A DNA stretch of 64,000 bases from Pirellulaceae bacterium (GTDB lineage Bacteria; Planctomycetota; Planctomycetia; Pirellulales; Pirellulaceae): positions 4,884,419-4,948,418 of the forward strand of contig OZ247499.1 of NCBI GenBank assembly GCA_965233625.1, read 5' to 3'. Positions 8,080-17,832 of the stretch are shown piece by piece. Each line of letters begins with the position of its first letter. The first letter of the stretch is position 1. The notes beneath the pieces are model-generated. The model was not told where the DNA came from and did not search any database. It was given only the letters and a program-made list of their open reading frames with translations. The position numbers and the translations under genes are program-made.

Positions 8080-11000
8080 TTAGGCGGCGGCTAGTTGACG
8101 GCGTTGGCCGGCGGCTGCGATCCATTCCTGCACTTCTGTCAGGTCGGGCTTCTTACCGTTGCGGACAATGCGGATGCCTTCTTTGGTCTGGCAGAAGGGT
8201 TTCACTTTGGCGAACAGCGCGGTGGCCGATTCGGCAGCCAGTTGCGCCGCGGTGGTTACGCCGCATGCGACCAGAATCTGTGCGTCGTGGCCGCGTAGCC
8301 CCGGCGTGCAACAGACCAGTCTGGCCTGCGCCTGCCAGTCGCGGACGTGCGACGCCTTCACGCGCCGCTGGTTCAGCCGGTCGGCAACTTCCACGGCGTC
8401 TGCATTGAGCAGATCGTCCACGGTATAGATACCCACGGCCTCAAGCCGGGCAGCGGTCTTCGGACCAATCGAAGGTGCGGCGGCGATTTCCTGTTCGCGG
8501 CTGAGGTAGAAGCGGAGTTCCGCCGGCTCGGATACCGCCGGTGTGCTCTCGCGGCGGGTGGTTGAACGTGCTTCACGCTCGCGGGAAGCGTACTCCCGTG
8601 CGTCGCGTTCACGGGCGTCGCGTTCACGCCGCTGGCGTTGCCGTTCCGCGCGGCGTGCTTCACGCTGGCGGCTCCCACGTTCGCTGCGACTGCGGTGCGA
8701 ACTACTGCGGGAACTGCTGGAACGTGAACTGCTTGAACGCGAACTGCTCGAACGGGAGCTGCTGCCGTTACGCGTGGTTGCATAACGCGAGTCGCCGTCG
8801 CTGTCTTCGTCGCGGGTCCGCAGCCCTTCATAGGCTTCGTTGCGGAGCCGGCTGTACTGGCTGCTACGATGCGTGCGGCCATTGCGCGAGCTGCGCCAGG
8901 AAGCATGCCGCCACGAAGTACCGCCGCCCTTGATCCAGCGCGTTAAACGGTCGATCTCGGCCGTCGTGCCCGACCGCACCAGACGCGAGCCTTCGGGCGT
9001 TGCGACAAATTCTTCCAGCATCGCCTGCAAGTTGCCTGGACGAATGCTTGCCAGTTGCTGGCCGTCGTAAATCCGGCAGGCGTACAAAATGCGGGCGTCG
9101 TACGAGCGGAGGTTCCGCACTTCGCACATCAGCCGCGACATACCCTGCCAGCGCGAAACCGTCGAGTGCTTCACGTTGGGACGGGAAAGACGTTCAGCCA
9201 GTTCACCGGCATTGGCGTGCAACAGGTCTTCGACCGTATAGACGTCCAGGTCGCGTAACTGGTTAGCGACCGCCGGCTCGAGAAAAGGGATCTGGGTTAC
9301 CTCATCGCGGGTGCGGAGAAAATAACCGTCTTCGTATTGCGTTTCACGCTGCCGGGCCGAAGCCGGTTCGTACTGGCGGTGCACCCGCAGCGGAGCTTCG
9401 TCGCGGTGCAGGTGGTACGGACGTGAAGTGCTGTATCGTAGCTTGTGCGAAAACACGGGTAGTGTGCGGTCGTACTGGCGGACGCCGTAGTAAGGCGTGT
9501 GGTACGAAGCCTGCGGTGTGTCCTGCGGCTGCACCGTATAAAGATACGAATCATCGTAGCTGCGACGCGGTGTATGAGCATGCCGCCGCGATGCGCTCCA
9601 GCGGGGCGTGTAGTGGCTGGCCGGGTGATGATGCGGCAGCGCGCCGTGCCAGGCGTATTCGGGCAGCTTGGCCGTGGTTGTCCGGCGGTACTCACCGTAG
9701 TAGTACGGGCGCTGTGCCGCGCGGTAATCGTATTCGTCCGCCCGGTGATGCGGATAACGCGGCCCAGCGTACGAACGCACGCCACGGGCAGGCGTTGTCA
9801 CGGGCAGGTTACGCACAGGGGCGCCGTACGATTTCATCAGGTCGGCGATCTCACGCTGCGACGTCAGCAGCACAATCTGCCAGCCGCGCGAAGCATAATC
9901 GCACAGCAGTTCCGCAGCCGCCCGGTGGCAGTGCGAGGGCAGATGGCGGAAGGCGTCGTCCAGCAGGACCGGCGGCTGTTGCTGCTGCCGCGAACGGTCG
10001 CTGGCCAAGGCCAGGCAGAGGCTGAGTTTGACCAGATCACGCGAACCGGCCGAAAGCACATTGGCGTTGTGATACATGCCGGTGTTGTCTTCAACGCGGA
10101 TCGAACGGCTGTCGCGATCCACGGTGATCCGCACCAGTTCTCCGCCGGTCAGCCGGTCGAGATTCTGCGATGCTTCCGCCGTAACCGGATGCGTCTGACG
10201 GGTGACGATCCGGCGGAGCGATGCGGCGAAATCTTCGCGGGCGATCACTGCCTGGCGGACGCTGGCGCCAACGCGTTCGAGTTCTGCACGGCAGTGGTCG
10301 ATGCGGTTCTGATGTTCGTTCCAGCGGTGGTGTTCAAAGCGGGCGAGTTCCGCACGGAGCGAATCCAGTTCGGCGTTGGCCGCTTCGATGCTGCGTGCAA
10401 GCTGCGAAGCATGCGTGCGCAGATCGTGCAGATGTTCGCGCTCCAGCGTTTCGCGGCGCTGGGCTTCGTACTCTGGCCAGTGGACATCAGCCGGCTGCAT
10501 GCGGTCGTTGATGTAGTGCCGCTGTGCGGTCAGGCATTCGATCTGACGGGTGGTCTCTTCGATCTTGGCGTGCACGTGATGCAGTTCGCAGTGCAGGCCT
10601 TCGTTCTGAATCACACGCCCGTTGCCACGCATATGCTGGGCAAGGGTGGTGAGTTCCGTCTGCAGCGATTCCAGCACGGGCGTCAGCCGGGTGTACGCAT
10701 CATCGCGGCGCCAGTGGTTGGCCCAGCGGTAGGTGGTGCTGCGGCGGGTCGCCAGTTCGCGGTCGATCTCGTGGGCTTTGCGTTCCAGTTCGGCGCTGTA
10801 GCGTTCTGGATCGTAGTCGTATTCGTCGCGTGCAGCGGGGCGTGACATCTGATCTTCCAGCCGGTCGGCGCGCTGCTGCAAGCTGCTGCGCGAACGGTCA
10901 AGCTGCGCGATCTGATCGTTGAGGAAGTCTACGCACTGCGTTGCGTAACGCGTGGCGGCTTCGTTCTCGCCACGGAGACCTTTCCACCAGTGGGCGATCT

Positions 11001-11778
11001 CTTCTTCAACGCGTTTGATTTCCGCCTCGACACGATGCAGTTCTGCGGTGCGGCTGCGCTGATCCTGTTCGATTACGGCGATCTGATCTTGCAGACGGCC
11101 CCGTGTTGTAACAGCTTCGGCGCGAAGGGCGGCAGCGCTGCGCTGAAGATCGTCCAGCTCAACATGCAACTCGTGGCGCCGGGATTCCAGGTGCTCGACC
11201 TCTGCATCCAGGCTGTCCAGGTGGCGTTCTTCTTCCACCGTGGCTGCGTATTCGTAATAGTGATCGCCGGTGTACGACGTGGTCAGATCGCCGGCGCCGC
11301 GTGCGAGTGTGACGTCGATCAGACGGTCCAGCGAGTATTCTCGCGGGAATTCTACGGCGTAAACGGCCGCGAATTCGGCTTCGTCCATGCCACCCACCCA
11401 GCGCGCTGCGAGATGTTCGCCCGCATCGTAGTGATGGTTGAGCAGGTCGGGCTGATGATGGCGCCCGGAGTAATAGTCTTCGTAGTCGTGCGAAGAGCGG
11501 CTTTCCAGCGTCAGTTCGCCACGCTGTGTGCCATCGTTTACACGGCTGAGCGTTTCCGTACCACGGGGTCCGCTGAGTGTAACGGCGCCGACGGCTTCGC
11601 CCTGGCGTGGCGCCAGAAACCGCAGGCTGGGATCGGCCAGGCCGTACAATACAGCCTGCGTGAAGCGGGCGACGGTTGTTTTCCCGGAGCTTTCCGGGCC
11701 GTAGATAACGTTCAGACCGGCAGCTAAATCATCTAGCTGCAAGCCCAATTCGCTTACATGAATCTGTTGAATTTTCAC
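8080..11778 (-). CDS. SMC/RecF-like ABC-ATPase with a long coiled coil, C-terminal tandem DUF4332-like (HhH-type) domains, and an intervening Arg/Ser-rich tract
   Basis: The GTG start at 11778 is preceded by a perfect SD 'aaggaggg' 8 nt upstream. Walker A is NVIYGPESSGKTTV. A heptad-rich region of about 400 aa follows. The C-terminal head half carries VLLDDAF (Walker B/D-loop) ... SHCH ... VLLTSQRE. Two copies of a domain carrying an 'LIDA'-like motif follow: YTVEDLLHANAGELAERL and YTVDDLLNADAVEVADRL. Between them lies SRSSSSRSSSSRSSSSRSSSHRSRSERGSRQREARRAERQRQRRERDARERDARE. Confidence 0.8.
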   Translation of the reverse strand: MKIQQIHVSELGLQLDDLAAGLNVIYGPESSGKTTVARFTQAVLYGLADPSLRFLAPRQGEAVGAVTLSGPRGTETLSRVNDGTQRGELTLESRSSHDYEDYYSGRHHQPDLLNHHYDAGEHLAARWVGGMDEAEFAAVYAVEFPREYSLDRLIDVTLARGAGDLTTSYTGDHYYEYAATVEEERHLDSLDAEVEHLESRRHELHVELDDLQRSAAALRAEAVTTRGRLQDQIAVIEQDQRSRTAELHRVEAEIKRVEEEIAHWWKGLRGENEAATRYATQCVDFLNDQIAQLDRSRSSLQQRADRLEDQMSRPAARDEYDYDPERYSAELERKAHEIDRELATRRSTTYRWANHWRRDDAYTRLTPVLESLQTELTTLAQHMRGNGRVIQNEGLHCELHHVHAKIEETTRQIECLTAQRHYINDRMQPADVHWPEYEAQRRETLEREHLHDLRTHASQLARSIEAANAELDSLRAELARFEHHRWNEHQNRIDHCRAELERVGASVRQAVIAREDFAASLRRIVTRQTHPVTAEASQNLDRLTGGELVRITVDRDSRSIRVEDNTGMYHNANVLSAGSRDLVKLSLCLALASDRSRQQQQPPVLLDDAFRHLPSHCHRAAAELLCDYASRGWQIVLLTSQREIADLMKSYGAPVRNLPVTTPARGVRSYAGPRYPHHRADEYDYRAAQRPYYYGEYRRTTTAKLPEYAWHGALPHHHPASHYTPRWSASRRHAHTPRRSYDDSYLYTVQPQDTPQASYHTPYYGVRQYDRTLPVFSHKLRYSTSRPYHLHRDEAPLRVHRQYEPASARQRETQYEDGYFLRTRDEVTQIPFLEPAVANQLRDLDVYTVEDLLHANAGELAERLSRPNVKHSTVSRWQGMSRLMCEVRNLRSYDARILYACRIYDGQQLASIRPGNLQAMLEEFVATPEGSRLVRSGTTAEIDRLTRWIKGGGTSWRHASWRSSRNGRTHRSSQYSRLRNEAYEGLRTRDEDSDGDSRYATTRNGSSSRSSSSRSSSSRSSSSRSSSHRSRSERGSRQREARRAERQRQRRERDARERDAREYASREREARSTTRRESTPAVSEPAELRFYLSREQEIAAAPSIGPKTAARLEAVGIYTVDDLLNADAVEVADRLNQRRVKASHVRDWQAQARLVCCTPGLRGHDAQILVACGVTTAAQLAAESATALFAKVKPFCQTKEGIRIVRNGKKPDLTEVQEWIAAAGQRRQLAAA
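8545..8800 (-). repeat. coding low-complexity Arg/Ser (RS) and Arg/Glu/Asp repeats inside the SMC-like gene
   Basis: The translation reads (S)RSSSS x4 followed by an RE/RD-rich stretch. The same DNA on the plus strand gives repetitive ELLERELLERELLERE. Confidence 0.7.
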
Positions 11779-11988
11779 CGCGGTTTCCCTCCTTAGAAGT
11801 CGCTGAAAACATCCTGTTTTTGAAACAACTGAACCTAGGGCGCGGTACGGGTGACTCCGCGACCGGTACAGCCGATGGGAAACTTTAGGCAAAAGCTGAA
11901 TTTTTTTCCAGATCAATCGAATAGCGTCTGCGGTGCGTTTTGCCGCATAAAACAGCCCTTTGAGAACACCTGCTACTTGGAGATCCAC

Positions 11989-12369
11989 ATGGACTACTTT
12001 GACTTCTTCTTTCCAGAACAGGCGCAAGCCGCCCATCTACGCAGACTTGCCAGCCGGCCGACCGCTGTTGTGCGTTCGTCCACAGACGACGGGCAGGCAG
12101 CCGAGATTCAATCGCTGCGGGAAGATGTGAATTTTCTCACGCTCGTCATCGCGGCGTTACTGCGCCGCTCTACCGAGACCATGAGCATGGCCGACGTGCA
12201 GGACCTTCTGACAGAGATCGACGGACTCGATGGTGTCGCCGATGGCGGGCTGGATACCGGCGTGCTGCGCGGCATTCTTGGTGTGCTGAAGGTGCAGAAG
12301 GAAGAAGAAGCAAAGCCAGACCACCCGGCGTTCAACATCAAAACAACACCGCGCTACCGCAACAGGTAA
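11989..12369 (+). CDS. hypothetical small protein (126 aa), divergent from the SMC-like ATPase gene
   Basis: The ATG at 11989 is preceded by 'ggag' 9 nt upstream. No motifs were recognised. The gene ends 7 nt before the miniature PRE copy. Confidence 0.35.
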   Translation: MDYFDFFFPEQAQAAHLRRLASRPTAVVRSSTDDGQAAEIQSLREDVNFLTLVIAALLRRSTETMSMADVQDLLTEIDGLDGVADGGLDTGVLRGILGVLKVQKEEEAKPDHPAFNIKTTPRYRNR

Positions 12370-12375
12370 CCTGGC

Positions 12376-12430
12376 ACACTAACCCGAAGCTCGCGCTCCG
12401 GGTTAGTGCATGATGCGAAAAACTTGTGTA
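12376..12430. repeat. miniature PRE copy (fused termini only) plus the flanking 'gcgaaaaacttgtgta' motif
   Basis: The sequence 'cactaacccgaag-ctcgcgctccgggttagtg' is the left terminal arm fused to the right terminal arm of the 145-bp element. It is followed by 'catgatgcgaaaaacttgtgtat', the same motif that flanks copies A (17648-17669) and D (49642-49664). Confidence 0.55.
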
Positions 12431-12488
12431 TCCCGCGCACTCAGGGCGCGGGGGCGTTGGGACCGCTGCTCTTCTAAGCCTCGTTCTT

Positions 12489-14177
12489 CTAAGCTTCGTC
12501 CGGCGGATCGATCTTGGCGTCCTGTGCGGCGAGGCGTAGCTTGCCGAGGGCGCGGGCTTCGATCTGGCGGATGCGTTCTTTGGTCACGCCCATTTCGGCG
12601 CCGACTTCTTTCAGCGTCTGCGGCTCTTGCTTGTGGTTCAAGCCAAAGCGGCTGACGATGATCTTCTTCTCGCGGTCATCCAGCTTGGAAAGGATACGGT
12701 CCACCTGTTCTTTGCGAAGATGCTGAGCCAGCTCTTGCAGATAAAGGTTGGTGCCGTCGTCTTCCTGGCTGGCGAACATTTCGTCCGTCGACGTGCGGAA
12801 GCGGTCGCGGTGTTTGTACTCGTCCGGAATGGTCCGGGCGAAGTTCTTCATAATCGCCCAGCTGGCATACGTGCTGAACTTGTTGCCGCGGGCATAGTCG
12901 AACTTTTCAACCGCGCGGATCAGCGACATGTTGCCATCGCTTACCAGTGGGAAGAAATCTTCCGTCGGCGAAACGTGCCGCTTGGCGATCGATACGACCA
13001 GCCGCAGATTGGCTTTGATGATCTGGTTTTTCGTGGCTAACGCCTGCGAGTACAGATCTTCAATTTGCTGCATGACCGCGGTTTTCGCCCGCGAGGGGTC
13101 CAGCGTCTCACGCAGTTTGCTGGCTTTGTGCTTCAGATAGTTGAAGCGGCGGAACAGGTGATACTCCTGCTCACGGACCAGCAACGGTGTTTCGTACAGA
13201 GACGCCAGGTACTGTGGCAGCCCGGCCGGAACACGCGTCTTACGTGGTTTGGTTTCCGGTTCTGGCATCGGCGCCAGGATTTCTTCCTCGTTGGCTGCAT
13301 CTTCGAACGTTTCGTTATAGATGTAGTCCAGGGGCAGGTCGAGAATCCGCTTCGCACGGACTTCGTTCACAATACGGTGAATGCTGCCCGGCGTGCGGCA
13401 GTACTTCTTGGCCAGCTTCTCAATGCTATCGCCGCTGCGCATCTGGCGGTGCTGCGAGTAGATGGAGTTTTTGGCTTCCTCTGTGAGGGGGCCGGTCTGG
13501 CCGGGGAAGACCGCCATGGTCGGATGTTCTTCGTCAAACTGCCGGATGGTGTAGCGGATGGTTTCGACGCTGCGGCCCTTGCGGCTTGCGATGCGGCGGG
13601 TGATGTCCGCCGGGCAGCCGCCATCGAGCACCATCTGACGGGCCATCGCGATAATCTCATCGCGGTCTTCGTCCGTCATCTGGCTGAAGCGTTCGCCGCG
13701 TTTGACGCGTTCTTTGTTGTGCTGCTGGAAGTATTCCACGCTGCTCTGCAAAAAGCCTACACGTTTGCGACCACCAAAGATGAAACGGCGGCTGGTTAAT
13801 CCTTTGTCACGCCAGCGCGAAATCGTCTTGGTGGAGACATTAAACATGCGGCTGACTTCGTCGAGCGTCAGCACGGGTTCGGCAATTTCATCCACGCTGA
13901 TATCGGCCGAGTCGGAAAGATCTTCCAGGAACAGCCGCAGATCGTGGTGCGCAACATCGCCCGGGATGGGTTCACCGGCTGCGTTGTCGCCGTCTTCACC
14001 TGCAAACCCGGTCACGCGGAACCGCAGATAGCTGAAAGGGTATTCGCGTTTGGGGTCCAGTTCGCGGAGTAGTTTCTCGGTGCGTTCGAGCTGATCAAAT
14101 TTTGTGTCGCGCGGTGCGTAACGGGTCTGTTCGTCACGCAACTGGCGGATGACTGTGTTTTTGTAATCGGAATGCAT
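12489..14177 (-). CDS. rpoD: RNA polymerase sigma-70 factor (principal sigma, RpoD/SigA-like) with a long N-terminal extension
   Basis: Region 2 is present as LRLVVSIAKRHVSPTEDFFPLVSDGNMSLIRAVEKFDYARGNKFSTYASWAIMKNF. Regions 3 and 4 are present as LDDREKKIIVSRFGLNHKQEPQTLKEVGAEMGVTKERIRQIEARALGKLR. The ATG at 14177 is the MHSDYK start. Confidence 0.9.
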   Translation of the reverse strand: MHSDYKNTVIRQLRDEQTRYAPRDTKFDQLERTEKLLRELDPKREYPFSYLRFRVTGFAGEDGDNAAGEPIPGDVAHHDLRLFLEDLSDSADISVDEIAEPVLTLDEVSRMFNVSTKTISRWRDKGLTSRRFIFGGRKRVGFLQSSVEYFQQHNKERVKRGERFSQMTDEDRDEIIAMARQMVLDGGCPADITRRIASRKGRSVETIRYTIRQFDEEHPTMAVFPGQTGPLTEEAKNSIYSQHRQMRSGDSIEKLAKKYCRTPGSIHRIVNEVRAKRILDLPLDYIYNETFEDAANEEEILAPMPEPETKPRKTRVPAGLPQYLASLYETPLLVREQEYHLFRRFNYLKHKASKLRETLDPSRAKTAVMQQIEDLYSQALATKNQIIKANLRLVVSIAKRHVSPTEDFFPLVSDGNMSLIRAVEKFDYARGNKFSTYASWAIMKNFARTIPDEYKHRDRFRTSTDEMFASQEDDGTNLYLQELAQHLRKEQVDRILSKLDDREKKIIVSRFGLNHKQEPQTLKEVGAEMGVTKERIRQIEARALGKLRLAAQDAKIDPPDEA

Positions 14178-14982
14178 AATGCACCTCTTCCTTTGGGCCG
14201 GCGCCTGAAACCGGACCCGCAGATAACTTAGGCGGCGTTCCCTGCGACTCCCATCGCTCCACCTAAGTCCCATACCTGGGCGTGTGGTCTGTCCCAGACC
14301 ACCGTGACCGGCAGCTTAAAGCTACCGCTGTATTTGCTTCAGCAGCGACGTGGCTGCGAATGATTCAATTGAGCTAAATCGTCGTTGAAATGACTTGTGC
14401 CAAAATGACGTAACGGATGCTTGTTGTGATGAGAATGAGCAAAGGGTGGGCCGGGTGTTCAATTATCTGTGTCTTACAAGACACTTTTGTCCGTAGGGAT
14501 CGATTCCGGCGCGGGGCTTCTACTAGGTATACGCTGGACATCCAGCTTTGTTTCAAATTGTTCGCTGTGTTTCCACTGATTTATTCCCAAAGTCACCGTA
14601 ACACTAACTGCTTCAAACGGTTGCGAGTGGCCGGAATAAACCGGTTTCCGGGTGGAATTTTCCAGGTGACGAGGTCTTCGCCACCTTAAAAAAGACTTGC
14701 TCCGGGTGAGTGTGCTGCTACGCGTTTAATGCAAAGGGTGTTAGTAAACGATGGCAATGAAATCAGCTAGCAATACGTGCTACCGATGGAAACTGCATGT
14801 ACTTTGCGGATGACGTGATGAATGTTTTGGTTGAACTTCGATCGCCAATACCGTCGATGTAACCGTTACATACGACACCTCTGGTCGCAGCCTACTGATA
14901 TTGGCAGGGGTTATTCGCGGCGACCGTGTATTTATTGGACGCATGTGGCGCGTTTCTGGTTACCAGATTGGCGAAAAAAATC

Positions 14983-16302
14983 ATGAAGATTACTAAGTTA
15001 CTGTCCTGCATTACTTTAGCGTTTGTCGCCGGAAGCCTGGCGGCGCCTGTCGCCTGGGGGGCGAAGCTTGACCTCTCGATCAAGCCAGCTAAGGACGAAG
15101 TAACGCTGGTGAACATGGCCATCGAATCAACCGGCCAGCTCAGCATGAACCCCAATAATAAGAAGGTGGTTCAGGCGCCAATGAAGGTGAAGGGCAGCCT
15201 TTATTATGAAGAACGCGTACTTGATACCAATGTGGCCCGCCCGCGCTCCATCCGCTATTACCGCCGCGCTGAGGCCGATATCCGTGTGGGCGAAGCAGAT
15301 GTGAAAAGCTCGCTGGCGCCAGAGCGCCGGTTGATAGTGGCCGCCTGCGAAAAAGATGCAACTTCTATCTTCTCACCCACAACGCCTTTGTTCCGTGAAG
15401 AGATGGATCTGGTGGACGTGCCCGCCAACACGCTCGCGCTGCCAGGACTGACGCCGACGGAGAAACAGGACAAGTCGCAGACCTGGACTGTGAACAACAC
15501 CACGCTATGCCGTCTGCTGCGGCTGGATGGCGTAAGCAAGTCCACCGTTAAAGGCAAGGTGACAGAGACCGCCGGCGCCAGCGCGACGGTGGAAATCGCA
15601 GGTGAACTCAGCGGCGCCGTCGAAGGTGTCGCGACCGAGATCACCCTGAAGATCAAGCTGAAGCTCAATACGGCCAGCCACAGCCCGGACTGGGTGATCC
15701 TGTCGATTGACGAGAAGCGTTCCATCGGCCACGCCCAGCCCGGCTTCGACGCCAAGACCACCATCCGCATGGGCATTGCCACCGCCAAGGGCAAACACCA
15801 CGTAGCCGAAGATCAGATCACCGGCATGCAGCTTGAACCCGCTCCCGGTACTGAGCTGGTCGCCTTCCGTTCGCGCACCGAAGGTTTCAGCATGGTGCAC
15901 GACCGCCGCTGGCGCGTGATGAGCGACTCGAAGAAAGTCACCATCATGCGGATGGTTGATAAGGGTAATCTGGTCGCCCAGCTGAACATCTCGCGGCTAG
16001 AGCCGCTGGAAACAGGTAAGAAGCTGTCCGTGGACGAATTCAAGGCGGACATCCGTGGCGCCCTGAAATCCACGCTGACTGCGTTCAATGAATCGGATGT
16101 GCAGGAGAACGAAGGCGTCCGCACCATCCGCGTGAACGCCACGGGCGAAGCCGGGCAGCTGGCCGTGCAGTGGACCTGCTTTCATCTTTCTAAGGAAGAC
16201 GGCGCGCGTTACAGCCTGGTATTCACTTACGAAGCGAAATACGCAGACCGCTTTGCCGGGCAGGACGACATGATCCGCCAGGCGTTTGAAATTCTCAAAT
16301 AG
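14983..16302 (+). CDS. secreted hypothetical protein (439 aa)
   Basis: The ATG at 14983 leads into a signal peptide, MKITKLLSCITLAFVAGSLAAPVAWG. There are no catalytic motifs. Confidence 0.6.
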   Translation: MKITKLLSCITLAFVAGSLAAPVAWGAKLDLSIKPAKDEVTLVNMAIESTGQLSMNPNNKKVVQAPMKVKGSLYYEERVLDTNVARPRSIRYYRRAEADIRVGEADVKSSLAPERRLIVAACEKDATSIFSPTTPLFREEMDLVDVPANTLALPGLTPTEKQDKSQTWTVNNTTLCRLLRLDGVSKSTVKGKVTETAGASATVEIAGELSGAVEGVATEITLKIKLKLNTASHSPDWVILSIDEKRSIGHAQPGFDAKTTIRMGIATAKGKHHVAEDQITGMQLEPAPGTELVAFRSRTEGFSMVHDRRWRVMSDSKKVTIMRMVDKGNLVAQLNISRLEPLETGKKLSVDEFKADIRGALKSTLTAFNESDVQENEGVRTIRVNATGEAGQLAVQWTCFHLSKEDGARYSLVFTYEAKYADRFAGQDDMIRQAFEILK

Positions 16303-16473
16303 CAGATAAAACCGCTCTGGTTCTGCTTACAAGGTTCTGATACGGTCCGGCCCGCTTATCAATTTCCGGGTAGGGTCCCGGCAACAAGAACCGGCCGTCA
16401 ACGGCGACTGAGGCGAAGTCTGCGGACAGCCCGTCGCCCTGCTCGCAGGCGGCCAGCGTAAGGAGACGCTGAG

Positions 16474-17610
16474 ATGAACCGCGCCAGAACCGTGGCCTGC
16501 TTTCTGCTACTAACGCTGTCCGTATCTCCGCTCGCGGCCCAGGGACCGGGCGGTATTGCCGGCGCCTTGCGGGCGCTGAGCCCGTTTTCGTCTGTTGAGG
16601 CGGATAAGAACAAAACCTACACGCTGACCGATAAGCACGGTCCGTGGCTGATTTACGCAGCCTCGTTCACCGGCGAAGGCGGCGCGAAGCAAGCCAATGA
16701 GCTGGTGTATGAACTGCGCCACGATCATCAGCTAGAAGCGTACATCACCAAGCACCACTTCGACTTTAGCGGCCGGATGACCGGTCTGGGGCTGCAGGAA
16801 GATGGCTCGCAGCAGGTTATGCGTCACCGCCGTAACGTCGCCTTCGACCAGTACGCCGTGATGATCGGCAACTTCAAAGATGTCTACGATCCGCAGGTGG
16901 AAACCACGCTGCAACGCATCAAGCACATGCAGCCTGTTACATTGGACCCGACCAAACGGGAAGTGACTTATCACAGCCTGGGCCTGTGGCGTGAAGTGCA
17001 ACGTCGCGTCAGTCCCAACCGCAAAGTGCGGAGCATGGGTCCGATGCGGGCGGCGTTTGTCACGCGTAATCCGCTGATCCCAGCTTCCTTCTTTGCACCC
17101 AAGGGTCTGGACCCGCTGGTGGTGAAGATGAACCGCGATGTTCAGTTCAGCCTGCTGAAGTGCCCCGGTAAGTACTCCGTGAAGGTCGCAACCTTCCGCG
17201 GCAGAACCACGATGGACACCAAGAAGATTGAACAGCTCATGGCCGCGCCCACCGACAGCAGCCAGCTTGCGGTGGCAGCCCACAAAGCCCACACGCTGAC
17301 CACAGCGTTGCGCAACCGCGGCGTAGAAGCGTACGAATTTCATGACCGGCACGAAAGCATTGTCGCCGTCGGTTCGTTCTCGTCGGTCGGAACCAAACGC
17401 CCCGATGGCAAGATCGAAATCAATCCGGCCGTGCACGCCATTCTGAAATCGTACGGCGCCTCGCAAGTAAACATCCCTGGCCGCGGGCTGCAGGCCCCAA
17501 CGCCGCACAGCTTTGGCAACATCCCCTTCGACATCCAGCCGATGCCGATCGAAGTGCCACGGCATTCAGTAGCCAGCGACTACGCACAGCGTAGCTCCAT
17601 CTTCGAATAG
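16474..17610 (+). CDS. secreted hypothetical protein (378 aa)
   Basis: The SD 'aaggagacg' is followed by the ATG at 16474 and a signal peptide, MNRARTVACFLLLTLSVSPLAAQG. Confidence 0.6.
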   Translation: MNRARTVACFLLLTLSVSPLAAQGPGGIAGALRALSPFSSVEADKNKTYTLTDKHGPWLIYAASFTGEGGAKQANELVYELRHDHQLEAYITKHHFDFSGRMTGLGLQEDGSQQVMRHRRNVAFDQYAVMIGNFKDVYDPQVETTLQRIKHMQPVTLDPTKREVTYHSLGLWREVQRRVSPNRKVRSMGPMRAAFVTRNPLIPASFFAPKGLDPLVVKMNRDVQFSLLKCPGKYSVKVATFRGRTTMDTKKIEQLMAAPTDSSQLAVAAHKAHTLTTALRNRGVEAYEFHDRHESIVAVGSFSSVGTKRPDGKIEINPAVHAILKSYGASQVNIPGRGLQAPTPHSFGNIPFDIQPMPIEVPRHSVASDYAQRSSIFE

Positions 17611-17647
17611 AAGTCCGCGGCATAAGCCCCTTTGGGGCGTTGATATC

Positions 17648-17813
17648 TACACATGTTTTTCGCACCCCACATTAACCCGAAGCGCGAGCGAGGGGCGTTT
17701 GATGGAGTGCGAAAAACAAGGGGTTTTGGCGAACCGACTTCAAGTCGATAGTCTTCTTGACGGGCCATTCGCAGCAACGCGGGACGCCCCTCGCTCGCGC
17801 TTCGGGTTAGTGT
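17648..17813 (+). repeat. PRE copy A: ~145-bp element with perfect 26-bp terminal inverted repeats, plus the flanking 'ctacacatgtttttcgc' motif
   Basis: The left arm is taacccgaagcgcgagcgaggggcgt and the right arm is acgcccctcgctcgcgcttcgggtta. The inner sequence is cgtttgatggagtgcgaaaaacaaggggttttggcg.... Confidence 0.8.
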
Positions 17814-17832
17814 TGTTGTAACTAGACGGTCA

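Noticed and set aside
9499-10845. 448-aa plus-strand ORF, and many other ORFs of 60-250 aa on both strands, inside the SMC-like gene
   Set aside because: They are stop-poor shadow frames of a high-GC gene. They show Arg/Ala-rich nonsense composition with no start context, and they sit antisense to a well-supported CDS with SD and Walker motifs.
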